DNA of 62,449 bases, the filler included. It is 3 parts of 3 records of this genome, joined end to end, with 100 filler letters (N's around TTAATTAATTAA, not from the genome) between each part and the next. Parts side by side here need not be neighbours in the genome. Positions count along the whole stretch, not along the records: positions 1 to 20,936 come from DRR723986_4637; 2 more parts are not named here. One strand, 5' to 3'. Positions 1-12,069 of this stretch are shown here, in pieces; position 1 is the first letter of the stretch, and each line of letters begins with the position of its first letter. The notes below the pieces were generated by a model that made no database searches, had not been told where the DNA came from, and was given only the letters and a program-made list of their open reading frames with translations. The translations under genes were made by a program, and so were the position numbers.

Positions 1-2
1 AG

Positions 3-1472
<1,470 letters not shown>

Positions 1473-1495
1473 ACGCGACACTTTGTGACAAATTC

Positions 1496-1524
1496 CAAAG
1501 CCCCAGATCACCTCTGGGGCTTTG
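1496..1524 (+). terminator. hairpin / probable intrinsic terminator after acnA
   Basis: CAAAGCCCCAGA-tcacc-TCTGGGGCTTTG, perfect 12-bp stem just downstream of the acnA stop. Confidence 0.7.
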
Positions 1525-1589
1525 TCCGTTCTGGACCTTTTGACTGGACTTGGGCAAGCTCTACCCAAACCATGACGATGGAGAGTTAA

Positions 1590-3089
1590 ATGCCCAAAGC
1601 CAATGCTCTTTTACTTTGCTCGCTCAGCGTCATAACCGTCATTGGGGTTTGGGGCATAGCCGACATTGACGGGTTAGTGACCTGGGCAGGTGCAATTGTT
1701 CAACAAACCTTCCATAGCCGAGGATGGTTTGTGATGTTGGCTGCATCAACCATGCTCATCACCTGTCTGGCTCTGGCCTTTTCGCCTTATGGCCAAATCC
1801 GTTTGGGCAAAGACGATGACCGGCCCGAATTCTCAACCCCGTCTTGGATCGCAATGTTGTTCTCCGCAGGAATGGGGGTTGGTCTGTTGTTCTGGGCGGT
1901 GGCCGAACCGCTTACCCACTATAATTTCTTGGATGGTCACATGCCCGCCCCACAAGCGGCGCAGCAAGCCATGCTTGCTACCAACTTTCATTGGGGGTTA
2001 CATGCTTGGGCGATCTATGGATCGACAGCGCTGACCATTGCCTTTTTCAGCTTTCGCCGTGGCACCGGAATGATGGTTGGTGCACCGCTCGTTTCCTTGT
2101 TTCCAGGTGAAAAGTGGGCTCATGTGGTCAGTTGGCTGTCTGATTTCATGGCGATCATAGCAATTGCCATCGGCGTTGGCGGGTCCATGGCGATGGGTAT
2201 TTTTCAGGTGGCCGACGGAGTGTCCGCATTGGCAAATACCCAGGTCACGACCATGTTGATTTGGGGAATTCTCTTGGTCATGGTGGCCTGCTACATCCCT
2301 GCGCTATTGATCGACCTCGGGCAAGGCATGGCGCGCCTCTCGAACGCAGCGATGGCCATTGCAATTGCTTTGGTCGCCTATACCATCATCCTTGGACCAA
2401 CAGAGTTTTTGCTCAACACTGTGGTGCAAAGCTTTGGGGATTACGTCGCCAACGTCCTGCCCCGCGGCTTTCAAACATTCCCCTTCTACGGCACAAAAAT
2501 TCATCAATGGTTCAGCGATTGGACACTCACCTATATGGTGTGGTGGATCGCGTGGGGGCCATTTGTGGGTGTCTTTGTTGCCCGCATATCAAAAGGGCGC
2601 ACAATTCGAGAATTTGTCATCGGCGTTCTTTTCGCGCCCACTTTGTTCTCGATTGTCTGGTTCGGGGCATTTGGCGGCATCGGTCTCTTTGAAACTATCA
2701 ACGGAGCTGGCGAGCTGCTTCAAATGACACAAACCAATGTCGAACGTGTCACATTTGGTTTGCTGGATCGGTTGCCTTTTTCAGGCCTCACAACGCTTGC
2801 CACAGTGATCGCCGCCTTTTTGTTTATTGTGACCAGCGTTGTCAGCGCAGCTTTTGTACTTGGCACATTTTCAACCGGCGGGGATCCGAACCCACCGCCC
2901 AAAATCCGCCTCATCTGGGGTGTTTTGCTTGGGTTGCTAAGCGTGGCAATGATCCTGTCGGGGTCAGTGGACTCTGTTAAAATCCTGATCTCTCTTGGTG
3001 CCTTACCGTTTGTCTTTATTTCAGTTTTGCTGTTGGTGTGCCTGATCCGTGGCCTGCGAGAAGAAGGAATGCCACATGCTGATCGGTGA
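1590..3089 (+). CDS. BCCT (betaine/carnitine/choline) family transporter
   Basis: About 12 TM segments; SAGMGVGLLFW, FHWGLHAWAIY and WWIAWGPFVGVFVARISKGRTIREF signatures. Confidence 0.93.
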   Translation: MPKANALLLCSLSVITVIGVWGIADIDGLVTWAGAIVQQTFHSRGWFVMLAASTMLITCLALAFSPYGQIRLGKDDDRPEFSTPSWIAMLFSAGMGVGLLFWAVAEPLTHYNFLDGHMPAPQAAQQAMLATNFHWGLHAWAIYGSTALTIAFFSFRRGTGMMVGAPLVSLFPGEKWAHVVSWLSDFMAIIAIAIGVGGSMAMGIFQVADGVSALANTQVTTMLIWGILLVMVACYIPALLIDLGQGMARLSNAAMAIAIALVAYTIILGPTEFLLNTVVQSFGDYVANVLPRGFQTFPFYGTKIHQWFSDWTLTYMVWWIAWGPFVGVFVARISKGRTIREFVIGVLFAPTLFSIVWFGAFGGIGLFETINGAGELLQMTQTNVERVTFGLLDRLPFSGLTTLATVIAAFLFIVTSVVSAAFVLGTFSTGGDPNPPPKIRLIWGVLLGLLSVAMILSGSVDSVKILISLGALPFVFISVLLLVCLIRGLREEGMPHADR

Positions 3090-3162
3090 TCTGACTGATA
3101 CGCTTATGAATCTGACAACCTTTGCCTTTATCGGTGCAATGATTTGGATCTTGCTGCGTTAA
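3076..3162 (+). CDS. putative 28-aa single-pass membrane peptide (not in ORF track)
   Basis: MLIGDLTDTLMNLTTFAFIGAMIWILLR*; AAGAAGGA RBS at 3061-3068; overlaps the BCCT stop; fills the gap up to the ccmG stop. Confidence 0.55.
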   Translation: MLIGDLTDTLMNLTTFAFIGAMIWILLR

Positions 3163-3174
3163 GGGCTGGCGATG

Positions 3175-3714
3175 CTATTCGCCAGCCGCTTTTTCCAACG
3201 CAGGACGGAGTGTCTTTTCGATGACTCGCTGGGTGATTGGCCCCGCAAAACGCAGAATTATCGTGCCCTCACCATCGATCACGTAGGTCTCAGGAACGCC
3301 ATACACCCCCCAATCCAGCGCCATACGGCCCTTTTCGTCCCGGCCGATACCGGTATAGGGATCCCCGAGTTCCTGCAAGAACCCGTCAGCTTGCGCCACG
3401 GTGTCCTTGTAGTTCACTCCGTAAACCGGAATGCCCTCTTGCGACAGTAGCTCCAGATTTGGATGTTCCACCCGACAAGGTGCACACCAACTGGCCCAGT
3501 AATTCACAAGCTTGACGTTACCGTCACGCAGGGTTTCATCCGTAAATCCCACTTTGCCCGGAAAATCCGTCATCACGACCGGTGGCGCCGATTGTCCGGC
3601 ACGGGCAGACGGCAAAGATTCGGGGTCTTCGCGGAACATACCAACCGCGGCCAGCGCAACAAATGCCGCAAAAATCAGCGGAGGGGCCAACATCAGAGGC
3701 GATACTTTAGCCAT
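3175..3714 (-). CDS. ccmG: thiol:disulfide interchange protein DsbE/CcmG
   Basis: N-terminal TM, WASWCAPC, GVYGVPETY; last gene of the ccm cluster; ATG at 3714 overlaps the ccmD stop. Confidence 0.93.
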   Translation of the reverse strand: MAKVSPLMLAPPLIFAAFVALAAVGMFREDPESLPSARAGQSAPPVVMTDFPGKVGFTDETLRDGNVKLVNYWASWCAPCRVEHPNLELLSQEGIPVYGVNYKDTVAQADGFLQELGDPYTGIGRDEKGRMALDWGVYGVPETYVIDGEGTIILRFAGPITQRVIEKTLRPALEKAAGE

Positions 3715-3865
3715 TGCGCGACATCCTTTGTTCAACTTTGCTCAGCTCAGCCCGCACCCGGCGCCCTCGCCACAGGCTGAAGGCAACCAAAAGGATCAGC
3801 AATACAATCGAAGCCGCATAAGCTGACAGGACCGTATCACCATATTTTCCAAGATCCGGCATCAT
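3707..3865 (-). CDS. ccmD: heme exporter protein D (52 aa; not in ORF track)
   Basis: MMPDLGKYGDTVLSAYAASIVLLILLVAFSLWRGRRVRAELSKVEQRMSRNG: one TM plus basic tail, between ccmC and ccmG. Confidence 0.88.
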   Translation of the reverse strand: MMPDLGKYGDTVLSAYAASIVLLILLVAFSLWRGRRVRAELSKVEQRMSRNG

Positions 3866-4635
3866 GATCCAACCCTTTCACGTGCCAACAGTGCCTTGAT
3901 CCGACGGGCCCTAATTTCGGTCCCGGTCCGGTACAGCACCAATGCAATGAACAACAAAACAAAGCCGATCATGCAGATCAGCAACGGAAAGAAAAAGATA
4001 TTACTGACCTTTTCAGTCGTGTCAGATCCCGTGATGGCTCCTGCCCGCATGACCGAAGCGCCCTGATGCAAACCTTGATTCCAAAAATTCACAGCGTAGC
4101 GGCTTAGCAGAGCAAAAACGCTGCCCACCAAACACAGTACAGCCGTCAAGTCCGCGGCGGTATCAGAGTTTTCGATCGCTTCCCAAAGCGCCATGTAGCC
4201 CAAATAAAACAGAAACAGGATCAGAAAAGACGTAAGCCGTGGATCCCATTCCCACCAAGTGCCCCACATGGGTTGCCCCCATATGGCACCCGTCACTAAG
4301 GCGATAATCGTCATGACAGCCCCTACCGGTGCCGCAGCCCGCGCGGCAAGCGCGCTGACATGGTGACGCCGCACCAACCAAATCAAAGAGGTCAGCAACA
4401 TCATCAACCACGCATTGATCGCCATCAAAGCGGCTGGCACATGCAGATAAATGATCTTGACCGTAGACCCCTGACGGTAATCATCAGGCGTAAAGAAAAA
4501 ACCCCAGATCAGACCAACAGCCAGACAGGCTGCAGATAGGATCCAGAACACTGGCAAGACACGTTCGGTCGTTGCCAGGAATTTTTTCGGGTTGGCGTAT
4601 TCCCAAAAGGAATTGAGCTTGGATGAGATCGACAT
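3862..4635 (-). CDS. ccmC: heme exporter protein C
   Basis: YLHVP and WGQPMWGTWWEWDPRLTS (WWD motif). Confidence 0.96.
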   Translation of the reverse strand: MSISSKLNSFWEYANPKKFLATTERVLPVFWILSAACLAVGLIWGFFFTPDDYRQGSTVKIIYLHVPAALMAINAWLMMLLTSLIWLVRRHHVSALAARAAAPVGAVMTIIALVTGAIWGQPMWGTWWEWDPRLTSFLILFLFYLGYMALWEAIENSDTAADLTAVLCLVGSVFALLSRYAVNFWNQGLHQGASVMRAGAITGSDTTEKVSNIFFFPLLICMIGFVLLFIALVLYRTGTEIRARRIKALLARERVGS

Positions 4636-4679
4636 AGTTGGTTTCTAGCCCGTCTGACTGGGGTCTACAATTCACATCA

Positions 4680-5336
4680 TTAGCGCAGATTGACGCGCAA
4701 CACAGCCGCGCTGGCAAATGGCAACAATGCCACGCAAGCTGCGGTAATTCCTGCTAACATTAACAGGGGTGTGGAAAAATCCATCCCCAAAGCACCACGA
4801 CGCGCGGCTTCTGAGCCAAAGATTAGGGTCGGCACATAAAGGGGCAGCACCAACAACGACAGCAATAGCCCGCCCCGCTTTAACCCGACGGTCAACGCAG
4901 CCCCAAATGTGCCAATCACCGACAGGGCTGGCGTGCCCAGCAACAACGACATCACCAAAGCTCCGTATCCCGACGGTGACAGGTTAAGAAGCACCCCCAA
5001 AACCGGCGCCGCCAAGACCAATGGCAACCCCGTCGTGATCCAATGCGCCAAGGCTTTGATTGTTACCACCGCCTCCAGCGGCAGTGGCGCGGTCGCAAGC
5101 AAATCAAGCGATCCGTCTTCCCAATCCAAAGCGAGCAAGCGATCCAGCGACAACAGGCACGCCAGCAACGCCCCGAGCCACAACACCCCCGGCGCAATTG
5201 TTGACAGCAAACTGGATTCCGGCCCAACAGAAAATGGCACCATGACCGTCACGATCAAGAAAAAGGCCAACCCAAGGCCAAATCCGCCACCGGCCCGCAG
5301 CGCCAGTTTCAGGTCTCTGATTAACAACGCAATCAT
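4680..5336 (-). CDS. ccmB: heme exporter protein B
   Basis: Hydrophobic; [29 protein letters not shown]. Confidence 0.95.
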   Translation of the reverse strand: MIALLIRDLKLALRAGGGFGLGLAFFLIVTVMVPFSVGPESSLLSTIAPGVLWLGALLACLLSLDRLLALDWEDGSLDLLATAPLPLEAVVTIKALAHWITTGLPLVLAAPVLGVLLNLSPSGYGALVMSLLLGTPALSVIGTFGAALTVGLKRGGLLLSLLVLPLYVPTLIFGSEAARRGALGMDFSTPLLMLAGITAACVALLPFASAAVLRVNLR

Positions 5337-5947
5337 AGAAACCCCTCGTCGAAATCATCTAACGATTTGGGTTTCGCCTTATAGCGCCCGACATCCAGAA
5401 CATCGCCATCAAGGCCCAGATCAATGTGCGTCGCAATCAACGCTGACCCGCCATTGGAGAGGTGCGACCGAACCGTATCTGCAAACATCTGAACCGCAGA
5501 CACATCCAGTGACACGGTCGGTTCATCCAAGACCCAGATTGGGCGTTGCGTGACAAGCAATCGTGACAATCCCAAGCGCCGCTTTTGCCCTGCAGATAAA
5601 TTGCCAGCATGGCGATCCACCAAATCCGTGAGTGCAAAAGCCTGCACTGCAGCGTCGATACCTTTGGCCCCGAACACACTCGCCCAAAACCTTAGGTTTT
5701 CCGACACACTGAGGGTCGGTTTAATTCCATCGGAATGCCCTGCATAAGCAATCGTTTCTTCACCCCCTGTGATCGTTCCCGAAAGCGGGGGTTGCAACCC
5801 AGCTAGGGTACGCAGCAAGGTTGTCTTACCAACCCCATTGGGACCTCGCACGATCAACGCCCTGCCCGGTTGCAATGCAAACTCCACCCCTTCGAGCACG
5901 GGAATACCGCCGCGGGCGATAGCAAGATCAGAAACAGTCAGTGTCAT
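5333..5947 (-). CDS. ccmA: heme exporter ATP-binding protein
   Basis: Walker [18 protein letters not shown] signature, WVLDEP. Confidence 0.95.
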   Translation of the reverse strand: MTLTVSDLAIARGGIPVLEGVEFALQPGRALIVRGPNGVGKTTLLRTLAGLQPPLSGTITGGEETIAYAGHSDGIKPTLSVSENLRFWASVFGAKGIDAAVQAFALTDLVDRHAGNLSAGQKRRLGLSRLLVTQRPIWVLDEPTVSLDVSAVQMFADTVRSHLSNGGSALIATHIDLGLDGDVLDVGRYKAKPKSLDDFDEGFL

Positions 5948-6042
5948 GATACGCGCTTATCCCATTGGGGCTAAGGGCAAAAGGCGGGATTTGCCGCAGG
6001 TTGGTGATCGCCGCCCCTAAAACCACCAATCTGGCGAGCCTC

Positions 6043-6396
6043 TTAAACTGGCAACATCGCCAAAGCGATCCGCCGCCCCTCTGATAGTAAAACATTATAG
6101 GTACGACAGGCCGCAGGTGTATTCATGGGTTCGACACCCAGTCCTGCCTCCTCCAAAACCTGACGCATCTGCGCAGGCAGATGCGCAACTTCGGCTCCGG
6201 TCCCGACAAAAAGAACATCAACTTGACCGATCAACGCCAGCAACACCTCGGTGTCTTCGTATCCGTTCCAGGGTTGCGTTCCGGCGGGTCCCGTCAGAAC
6301 TGCACCCTGCTGAACCTGCCCTCCGATACGAAAGAAACCTGGCCCGTAACCATCGATGGGCTGGGCATCTGTATACGTGACCTCATTCAGGCGCAT
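6043..6396 (-). CDS. Mth938-like domain protein
   Basis: IDGYGPGFFRI ... VGTG ... EPMNTPAACRTYNVLLSEGR. Confidence 0.9.
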   Translation of the reverse strand: MRLNEVTYTDAQPIDGYGPGFFRIGGQVQQGAVLTGPAGTQPWNGYEDTEVLLALIGQVDVLFVGTGAEVAHLPAQMRQVLEEAGLGVEPMNTPAACRTYNVLLSEGRRIALAMLPV

Positions 6397-6423
6397 TATT
6401 CAGTCCTTACTCTAACACGGGCC

Positions 6424-7179
6424 TTAATCCAGAACCGGCAATCCAGAAATCACAGCAATCCCTATCACAGAATAGGCCGCCACACGATAGATCCCCTCAA
6501 ACCCGGGTCGGAACAACGCCTGACCCACCATCGCAGTCGTCAAATAGGGAACGCATAGGATGGCCGAGACCCAGATCATTTCAAATCGGACTTCACCATT
6601 CCACAGCAGATTGCCCAGAATAATGACATCGGTTGCAGCCAAAAACAGGATCGTATTGGCGCGAACAGACTCAACACTGCGTCGAGCATTGGCAAGGTAA
6701 AAGATGATAACCACTGGACCTGTCATGCCACTCAGGCCACCAACAACCCCCGCACCGCCACCAATCGCCAAACGCCCCGGTAAACCAAGTCGACCTTCGT
6801 ATCGCCAACCTGTGATCACCGCTGTTAGTGTGACCGTAACGATCCCAGCAACAACCCAGCGCAAGGTTTCCGGGTCAAGCTGCCCAATGATCCAATACCC
6901 GATGGGGACGGTTAAAAGCGTCGCCAGGACCAAAATCGAAACTTCACTGTGGTCTGCTTTGCTCCAAGCACGCGGCAACAAAGCCGCAGCAGAGGCAATG
7001 CCAGTGAACACGATGATAGTGATGACATCCACCATCGGGATGAACTGTGTCGCCACGGGAACGAAAATCAAGGCTGACCCAAAGCCAGTGAACCCGCGCA
7101 CCATGCCTGCGACCAAAAAGGTCGCAGCCATCCATGCAAGTCCCGGCGTTGAAAGCGCTGCGGTTAACGCCTCAGGCAT
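6424..7179 (-). CDS. TauE/SafE (sulfite exporter) family membrane protein
   Basis: AGMVRGFTGFGSAL and GGLSGMTGP repeat motifs, multi-TM; ATG at 7179 overlaps the secF stop. Confidence 0.85.
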   Translation of the reverse strand: MPEALTAALSTPGLAWMAATFLVAGMVRGFTGFGSALIFVPVATQFIPMVDVITIIVFTGIASAAALLPRAWSKADHSEVSILVLATLLTVPIGYWIIGQLDPETLRWVVAGIVTVTLTAVITGWRYEGRLGLPGRLAIGGGAGVVGGLSGMTGPVVIIFYLANARRSVESVRANTILFLAATDVIILGNLLWNGEVRFEMIWVSAILCVPYLTTAMVGQALFRPGFEGIYRVAAYSVIGIAVISGLPVLD

Positions 7180-8140
7180 CAATGTTGGCAAACTGGTTGC
7201 CAGATGTATTTGATGGCTTAGACCAATCGCGCTTCACACCCAGCCTCAACAAGATTGTCGAAGCTACAAAAACCGAAGAATACGTCCCGACAATCACGCC
7301 CCAGATCATGGCAAAGACAAAGCCACGGATCACGTCGCCGCCCAAAATATAAAGAGAGATCAGCGCCAACAATGTTGTGACCGAGGTCATAACCGTCCGG
7401 CTTAGGGTTTCGTTGATCGAGATATTCAAAACCTCTTTCAGCTCTTTCTTTTTGTATTTGCGCAAGTTTTCCCGGACGCGGTCAAACACCACCACAGTAT
7501 CGTTGAGCGAATAGCCTACAATCGTCAAAAGCGCCGCAATAATGGCCAGATCAAAACGGATCTGAAGTTCAGAGAACACGCCAATCGTCAGCACCACGTC
7601 ATGCACAAGCGCCGCAACCGCGCCCAATGCAAACTGCCACTCAAAACGCAGCCAGATATAAATAAGAACCGCCCCTATCGCGAGCGCAACAGCCAAAACC
7701 GCGGTCTGGATCAATTCCCCCGATACCTTTGGCCCGACTGACTCGACTGAGATGAACTTGATGTCGGGCGCGACGGCTTTCAGCGCACCCTGAACGTCAC
7801 GCACCATATCCGCACTCGCGGACTCGGTGTCTGCCTGTGCCTGAATCCGGATCATCGCAACGTTTTCGTCTTCGCCGAATGTTGGATCAAACACTTCGGT
7901 GATCGTCACATCGCCCAAACCCAACGGTTCGATGGCACCGCGATAGGCGGACACATCCACCACTTGTGGGCTTTCGGTTCGGATCGTGGTCCCGCCCCGA
8001 AAGTCGATACCAAAATTCAGACCTTGATACATGAACGAGGCGAACCCCAACACCATCAGCAGCGCTGAAAGCCCAAGCCAGATTTTCCAGCCACTAAAGA
8101 AGTCGAAATTCGTTTCTTTGGGAACAAGTCTCAGACGCAT
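7172..8140 (-). CDS. secF: protein translocase subunit SecF
   Basis: GIDFRGG, VGPKVSGEL, GYSLNDTVVVFDRVREN. Confidence 0.97.
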   Translation of the reverse strand: MRLRLVPKETNFDFFSGWKIWLGLSALLMVLGFASFMYQGLNFGIDFRGGTTIRTESPQVVDVSAYRGAIEPLGLGDVTITEVFDPTFGEDENVAMIRIQAQADTESASADMVRDVQGALKAVAPDIKFISVESVGPKVSGELIQTAVLAVALAIGAVLIYIWLRFEWQFALGAVAALVHDVVLTIGVFSELQIRFDLAIIAALLTIVGYSLNDTVVVFDRVRENLRKYKKKELKEVLNISINETLSRTVMTSVTTLLALISLYILGGDVIRGFVFAMIWGVIVGTYSSVFVASTILLRLGVKRDWSKPSNTSGNQFANIDA

Positions 8141-8141
8141 A

Positions 8142-9803
8142 TCACACCTCGATCGTTTTTGGACGGCGGCGTTCGAACCAGATCACAATCATCAGCCGCG
8201 TGACGAAGATCGCTGTAAAGACCGAAGTCAAAATACCCAGGCCCAAAGTAATCGCAAAGCCGCGCACCGGGCCTGAGCCCATTGCAAACAAGATAACCGC
8301 AGTAATAAAGGTCGTGATGTTGGCATCCAGAATGGCGGACAAAGCCTTTTCATACCCCAGCTCGATGGCCCGGCTAGGGCCTTTGGCTGTCTTCAGCTCT
8401 TCGCGAATACGCTCAAAGATCAGCACGTTTGCATCAACAGCCATACCAACCGTCAACACGATACCAGCAATCCCCGGTAACGTCAGTGTCGCCCCGATTG
8501 CTGACAGCAAGCCAAAGATCAGCGCGACGTTCAGGATCAACGCCACATTGGCAAACAGTCCAAACAAACCGTAGCTGAGCGCCATAAACACAAGCACTGC
8601 CGCAAACGCGATGATCGTCGCGATTTTACCGGCATCAATGCTGTCTTGCCCCAACTCTGGGCCGATGGTGCGTTCTTCGAGGAAATTCAACCCCGCAGGC
8701 AAAGCCCCTGCCCGCAACAATACGGCCAAATTGGTGCTTTCTTCGACGGTAAAGTTTCCGGTAATGATCCCCGATCCACCCGGGATATGTGATTGGATAA
8801 CCGGGGCGGAAACCACCTCGTCATCCAGAACAATCGCAAACGGGCTGCCGATGTTTTCAAGTGTGTAGTCACCGAATTTACGCGCACCAGAGGTGTTAAA
8901 GCGGAAGTTCACCGCGGGTCGACCGTTTTGGTCAAACGCAGGCTGCGCATCAACCAATTCTTCGCCGGTCACCACTGGGGCCGCTTCGACAGTGTAAAAG
9001 ATCCCTGCATCATCCAGCGATGGGATCACCTTGTTACCGACGCCGGCAGCAGCATTTTCATCCGTGCCGCGCGACACAACGGGATTGAACGACAACTGCG
9101 CCGTTGTACCGATAATCTCTTTCAACTCCGAGGCACTACCGATGCCCGGAACCTGGATCAGGATGCGATCAGCACCTTGACGCTGGATCGTAGGTTCGCG
9201 TGTACCAACCTCATCGATCCGGCGTCGTACGATTTCTAGTGCTTGTCGTACAGTTCGGTCATCTGAGGCTAGCCTTTCAGCCTCGGACAGTTGAACCACA
9301 ATAATGGCTCCTTCGCTGCGTACTTCGATGTCATAGGACCCAACCCCGGAAAGGGACTGGATCGGACGGGCCAAGCCACGCACGATCTCCAAAGCCTTGG
9401 ACATACCTTCGGGCTTGGTTATCTTGATCCGAATCTCATCCGCTTCGGAGGGTTGCTTACGGATCGAGCCAACGGTTCCGCGCTCGGGGCGTAGTGCGTC
9501 ACGCACTTCGGGCCACATGGCCTCCATCCGGCTGGCGTAAACATCGTCGACCTGAACCTCGGCAAGCAAATGCGCGCCGCCGCGCAGATCTAACCCCAAA
9601 TTCACCAATGATGAGGGCATCCAGCTAGGCCATTGCCCGGCTTGTTCCGTCAACTCAGACGTTGCGCCGCCCAGCTCAATCGCTGAGACGGCATCGTTGC
9701 TCTGTTCTACACGCGTATAGAACGCATTCGGCAGGGCCATCGCCAAACCGGCCACACAGACCAGCCAGATGAGAACCCGCTTCCAGGTGTCAATATGCAG
9801 CAT
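8142..9803 (-). CDS. secD: protein translocase subunit SecD
   Basis: LGLDLRGG, RRRIDEVG, GMAVDANVLIFERIREE. Confidence 0.97.
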   Translation of the reverse strand: MLHIDTWKRVLIWLVCVAGLAMALPNAFYTRVEQSNDAVSAIELGGATSELTEQAGQWPSWMPSSLVNLGLDLRGGAHLLAEVQVDDVYASRMEAMWPEVRDALRPERGTVGSIRKQPSEADEIRIKITKPEGMSKALEIVRGLARPIQSLSGVGSYDIEVRSEGAIIVVQLSEAERLASDDRTVRQALEIVRRRIDEVGTREPTIQRQGADRILIQVPGIGSASELKEIIGTTAQLSFNPVVSRGTDENAAAGVGNKVIPSLDDAGIFYTVEAAPVVTGEELVDAQPAFDQNGRPAVNFRFNTSGARKFGDYTLENIGSPFAIVLDDEVVSAPVIQSHIPGGSGIITGNFTVEESTNLAVLLRAGALPAGLNFLEERTIGPELGQDSIDAGKIATIIAFAAVLVFMALSYGLFGLFANVALILNVALIFGLLSAIGATLTLPGIAGIVLTVGMAVDANVLIFERIREELKTAKGPSRAIELGYEKALSAILDANITTFITAVILFAMGSGPVRGFAITLGLGILTSVFTAIFVTRLMIVIWFERRRPKTIEV

Positions 9804-9836
9804 TACCCTGCCTTTTGAATGTGTTAGAGGACAGAG

Positions 9837-10121
9837 TTACTTGGCTGGTTCGGTCTTGCTGACAACCTGAGCAAGCGTGGCTTTGACCACACGCACTTTA
9901 ACGCCTTCGGCAATTTCCACTTCGATTTCGCCGTCTTCTTTGACCTTGGCAACTTTACCGATCAAACCACCCTGTGTGACAACCTGATCCCCACGACGCA
10001 CGGCATCGACCATCGCCTGATGCTCTTTTACTTTTTTCTGCTGGGGGCGGATCAGCAAGAAATACATGATCGCAAAGATAAGAATGAGCGGAAGAAACTG
10101 ACCGAGTGCGCCAACGTCCAT
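9837..10121 (-). CDS. yajC: preprotein translocase subunit YajC
   Basis: YFLLIRPQQKK ... GDQVVTQGGLIG; upstream of secD. Confidence 0.96.
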   Translation of the reverse strand: MDVGALGQFLPLILIFAIMYFLLIRPQQKKVKEHQAMVDAVRRGDQVVTQGGLIGKVAKVKEDGEIEVEIAEGVKVRVVKATLAQVVSKTEPAK

Positions 10122-10329
10122 GGGATATTCCTTTGTTCAGAGGCAAGGGGCATTCCCCCCGCAAATTTGCCGGGAACCTATGCGCTGATCCGGGGGTTTG
10201 CAAGAGAACCCGTGCGCGCGGATAAACTCATTGCACGACAGAAGTCCCACAATCGCAAAAAGTTCTGAAAGATAGCCATTGGCCCGTCTTCCGGCCGGGG
10301 TATAGTCCACTCATTACAGGAGGCCACCC

Positions 10330-11988
10330 ATGATCCAACTGCTTCGTTTTATGCTAACCTTAACGGCAGCAATTGCGGTATTTTCTAGCGGACCATCATG
10401 GGCACAAGACACGGCCCCGTCAGCCCCCACAACGCAAACTGAAGAAGTAGAGGGGGTCTTCAAATCTGCGGTTATTGTTGATGGGAATGAACTGTTCTAC
10501 TTGCGAGGCTCGAGTGCTCTTCCCGCCTCAGAACGGGTTGCACATGTGCAGGACCGTATCATCGCATTGGCCGAAACATCCAATACAGACACCGTTGTTA
10601 TTACTGAAGATATTACAGATGTCGGGATCGTCCTATTTGCCAATGGACAGGAAATCACGGTGGTCACTTCCTCGGATGCCGAACTGGAGAAAATGGAAAT
10701 AGTGGTTCTGGCGCAGTTGCAAGGCGAAGCAATCCGAAACGCCATTTTAAACTACCGAAGCGATAGATCCGACGAGGCCAGAGTTTCTGGAGCAATTGAC
10801 GCGATCCTTTGGATAGCTGGTTTTTCCCTCTTTTCGTTTACCTTGCTATGGCTACGGCGAAAACTGAAACACCGGATCACCAAAGTTGTTCATCGTCACT
10901 TTGCTGATGTTGAAACCGCCACCAACGCTCAGGTACAGGCCGAAGCAATTGCCGCCCTAATTCGGTTTGGTGTGAACTTTGTTCTCTTGGCAGTGTTCTT
11001 TCTGGGGACTTATTATTTCTTGTCCTTTGTTTTGTTGGCTTTTGCTGAAACACGTTACATCGCGCAAATATTGCTGACCTACGTCACCGTTCCTGTCCTG
11101 AACATCATTCTTGGGTTCATCAGATACATCCCGAATATAATCACTTTGGGCGTCATTGCCTTGATGACGCAGTACATTGTGAAAGGATTCCGAGTCTTTT
11201 TCGACGCGGTTGAGGCCGGCAGTTTTGATCTTGGGGATTTCGAACGCCATTGGATCAATCCAACGTTTAACATCATACGCGCAGTGGTCATCTTGATCGC
11301 GCTTGTTTTCTCTTTCCCATACATCCCAGGATCTGACAGTGCCGCCTTCCAAGGTTTGACCCTGCTCATCGGGGCAATGCTCTCTCTTGGGTCCAATTCG
11401 GTTGTCGGCAACATTCTATCAGGGCTCTTTGTAATCTATCGACGCTCGACCAGCATCGGCGATCGCATCCAGATCGGGGAACATGTTGGTGATGTTGTCC
11501 AAATCAAACTGATGGAAACACATCTTAAATCAATCAAGAATGAGCTCATATCGATCCCCAACGCCCAATTGTTGAATTCCGAAGTCATCAACTACACCAA
11601 AAAGGTCGACGGAAGTGGTCTGCTTGTCCACACGACTGTGGGCATTGGATACGAAGAGACCCCGGAAAAAGTTGATGCAATGCTCATTGAAGCCGCCCAC
11701 CGGACCAAGGGCCTCAAATCCCGACCAGAGCCATTTGTGTTGTGGTCAGCTTTGGCGGACTATGCGACGAATTACCAGATCAACGCCTACACCACGCGTG
11801 GCGCATCTATTCCGCGTATCAAATCGGATTTGCATCGCAACATTGTTGCGGTTTTCAACGAAAACAAAGTCCAAATCATGACACCTTCGTACATCGCCGA
11901 TCCCGCAGAGCCCAAAATACCGGATCACAAATGGAACGGGCAGCTTGCACACGAAGAACAGGTAGATCCGGCTGATAAAGCTGACTGA
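10330..11988 (+). CDS. MscS-family mechanosensitive channel with N-terminal periplasmic extension
   Basis: Signal-peptide-like N-terminus; NILSGL ... IGDRIQIGEHVGDV ... IPNAQL ... VGIGY ... VQIMTP. Confidence 0.88.
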   Translation: MIQLLRFMLTLTAAIAVFSSGPSWAQDTAPSAPTTQTEEVEGVFKSAVIVDGNELFYLRGSSALPASERVAHVQDRIIALAETSNTDTVVITEDITDVGIVLFANGQEITVVTSSDAELEKMEIVVLAQLQGEAIRNAILNYRSDRSDEARVSGAIDAILWIAGFSLFSFTLLWLRRKLKHRITKVVHRHFADVETATNAQVQAEAIAALIRFGVNFVLLAVFFLGTYYFLSFVLLAFAETRYIAQILLTYVTVPVLNIILGFIRYIPNIITLGVIALMTQYIVKGFRVFFDAVEAGSFDLGDFERHWINPTFNIIRAVVILIALVFSFPYIPGSDSAAFQGLTLLIGAMLSLGSNSVVGNILSGLFVIYRRSTSIGDRIQIGEHVGDVVQIKLMETHLKSIKNELISIPNAQLLNSEVINYTKKVDGSGLLVHTTVGIGYEETPEKVDAMLIEAAHRTKGLKSRPEPFVLWSALADYATNYQINAYTTRGASIPRIKSDLHRNIVAVFNENKVQIMTPSYIADPAEPKIPDHKWNGQLAHEEQVDPADKAD

Positions 11989-12069
11989 TGGGGCAATCAG
12001 GCGCTACCCCCCGGCTAAGAGATCAGGCATAACCGGGCGCAGTGAATCACACATTCAAGGACCCAAAAC

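Noticed and set aside
1590-7179. Linking the BCCT and TauE genes of contig 1 to the methylamine or sulfonate operon of contig 3
   Set aside because: Different contigs joined artificially; no evidence of linkage or even of the same genome
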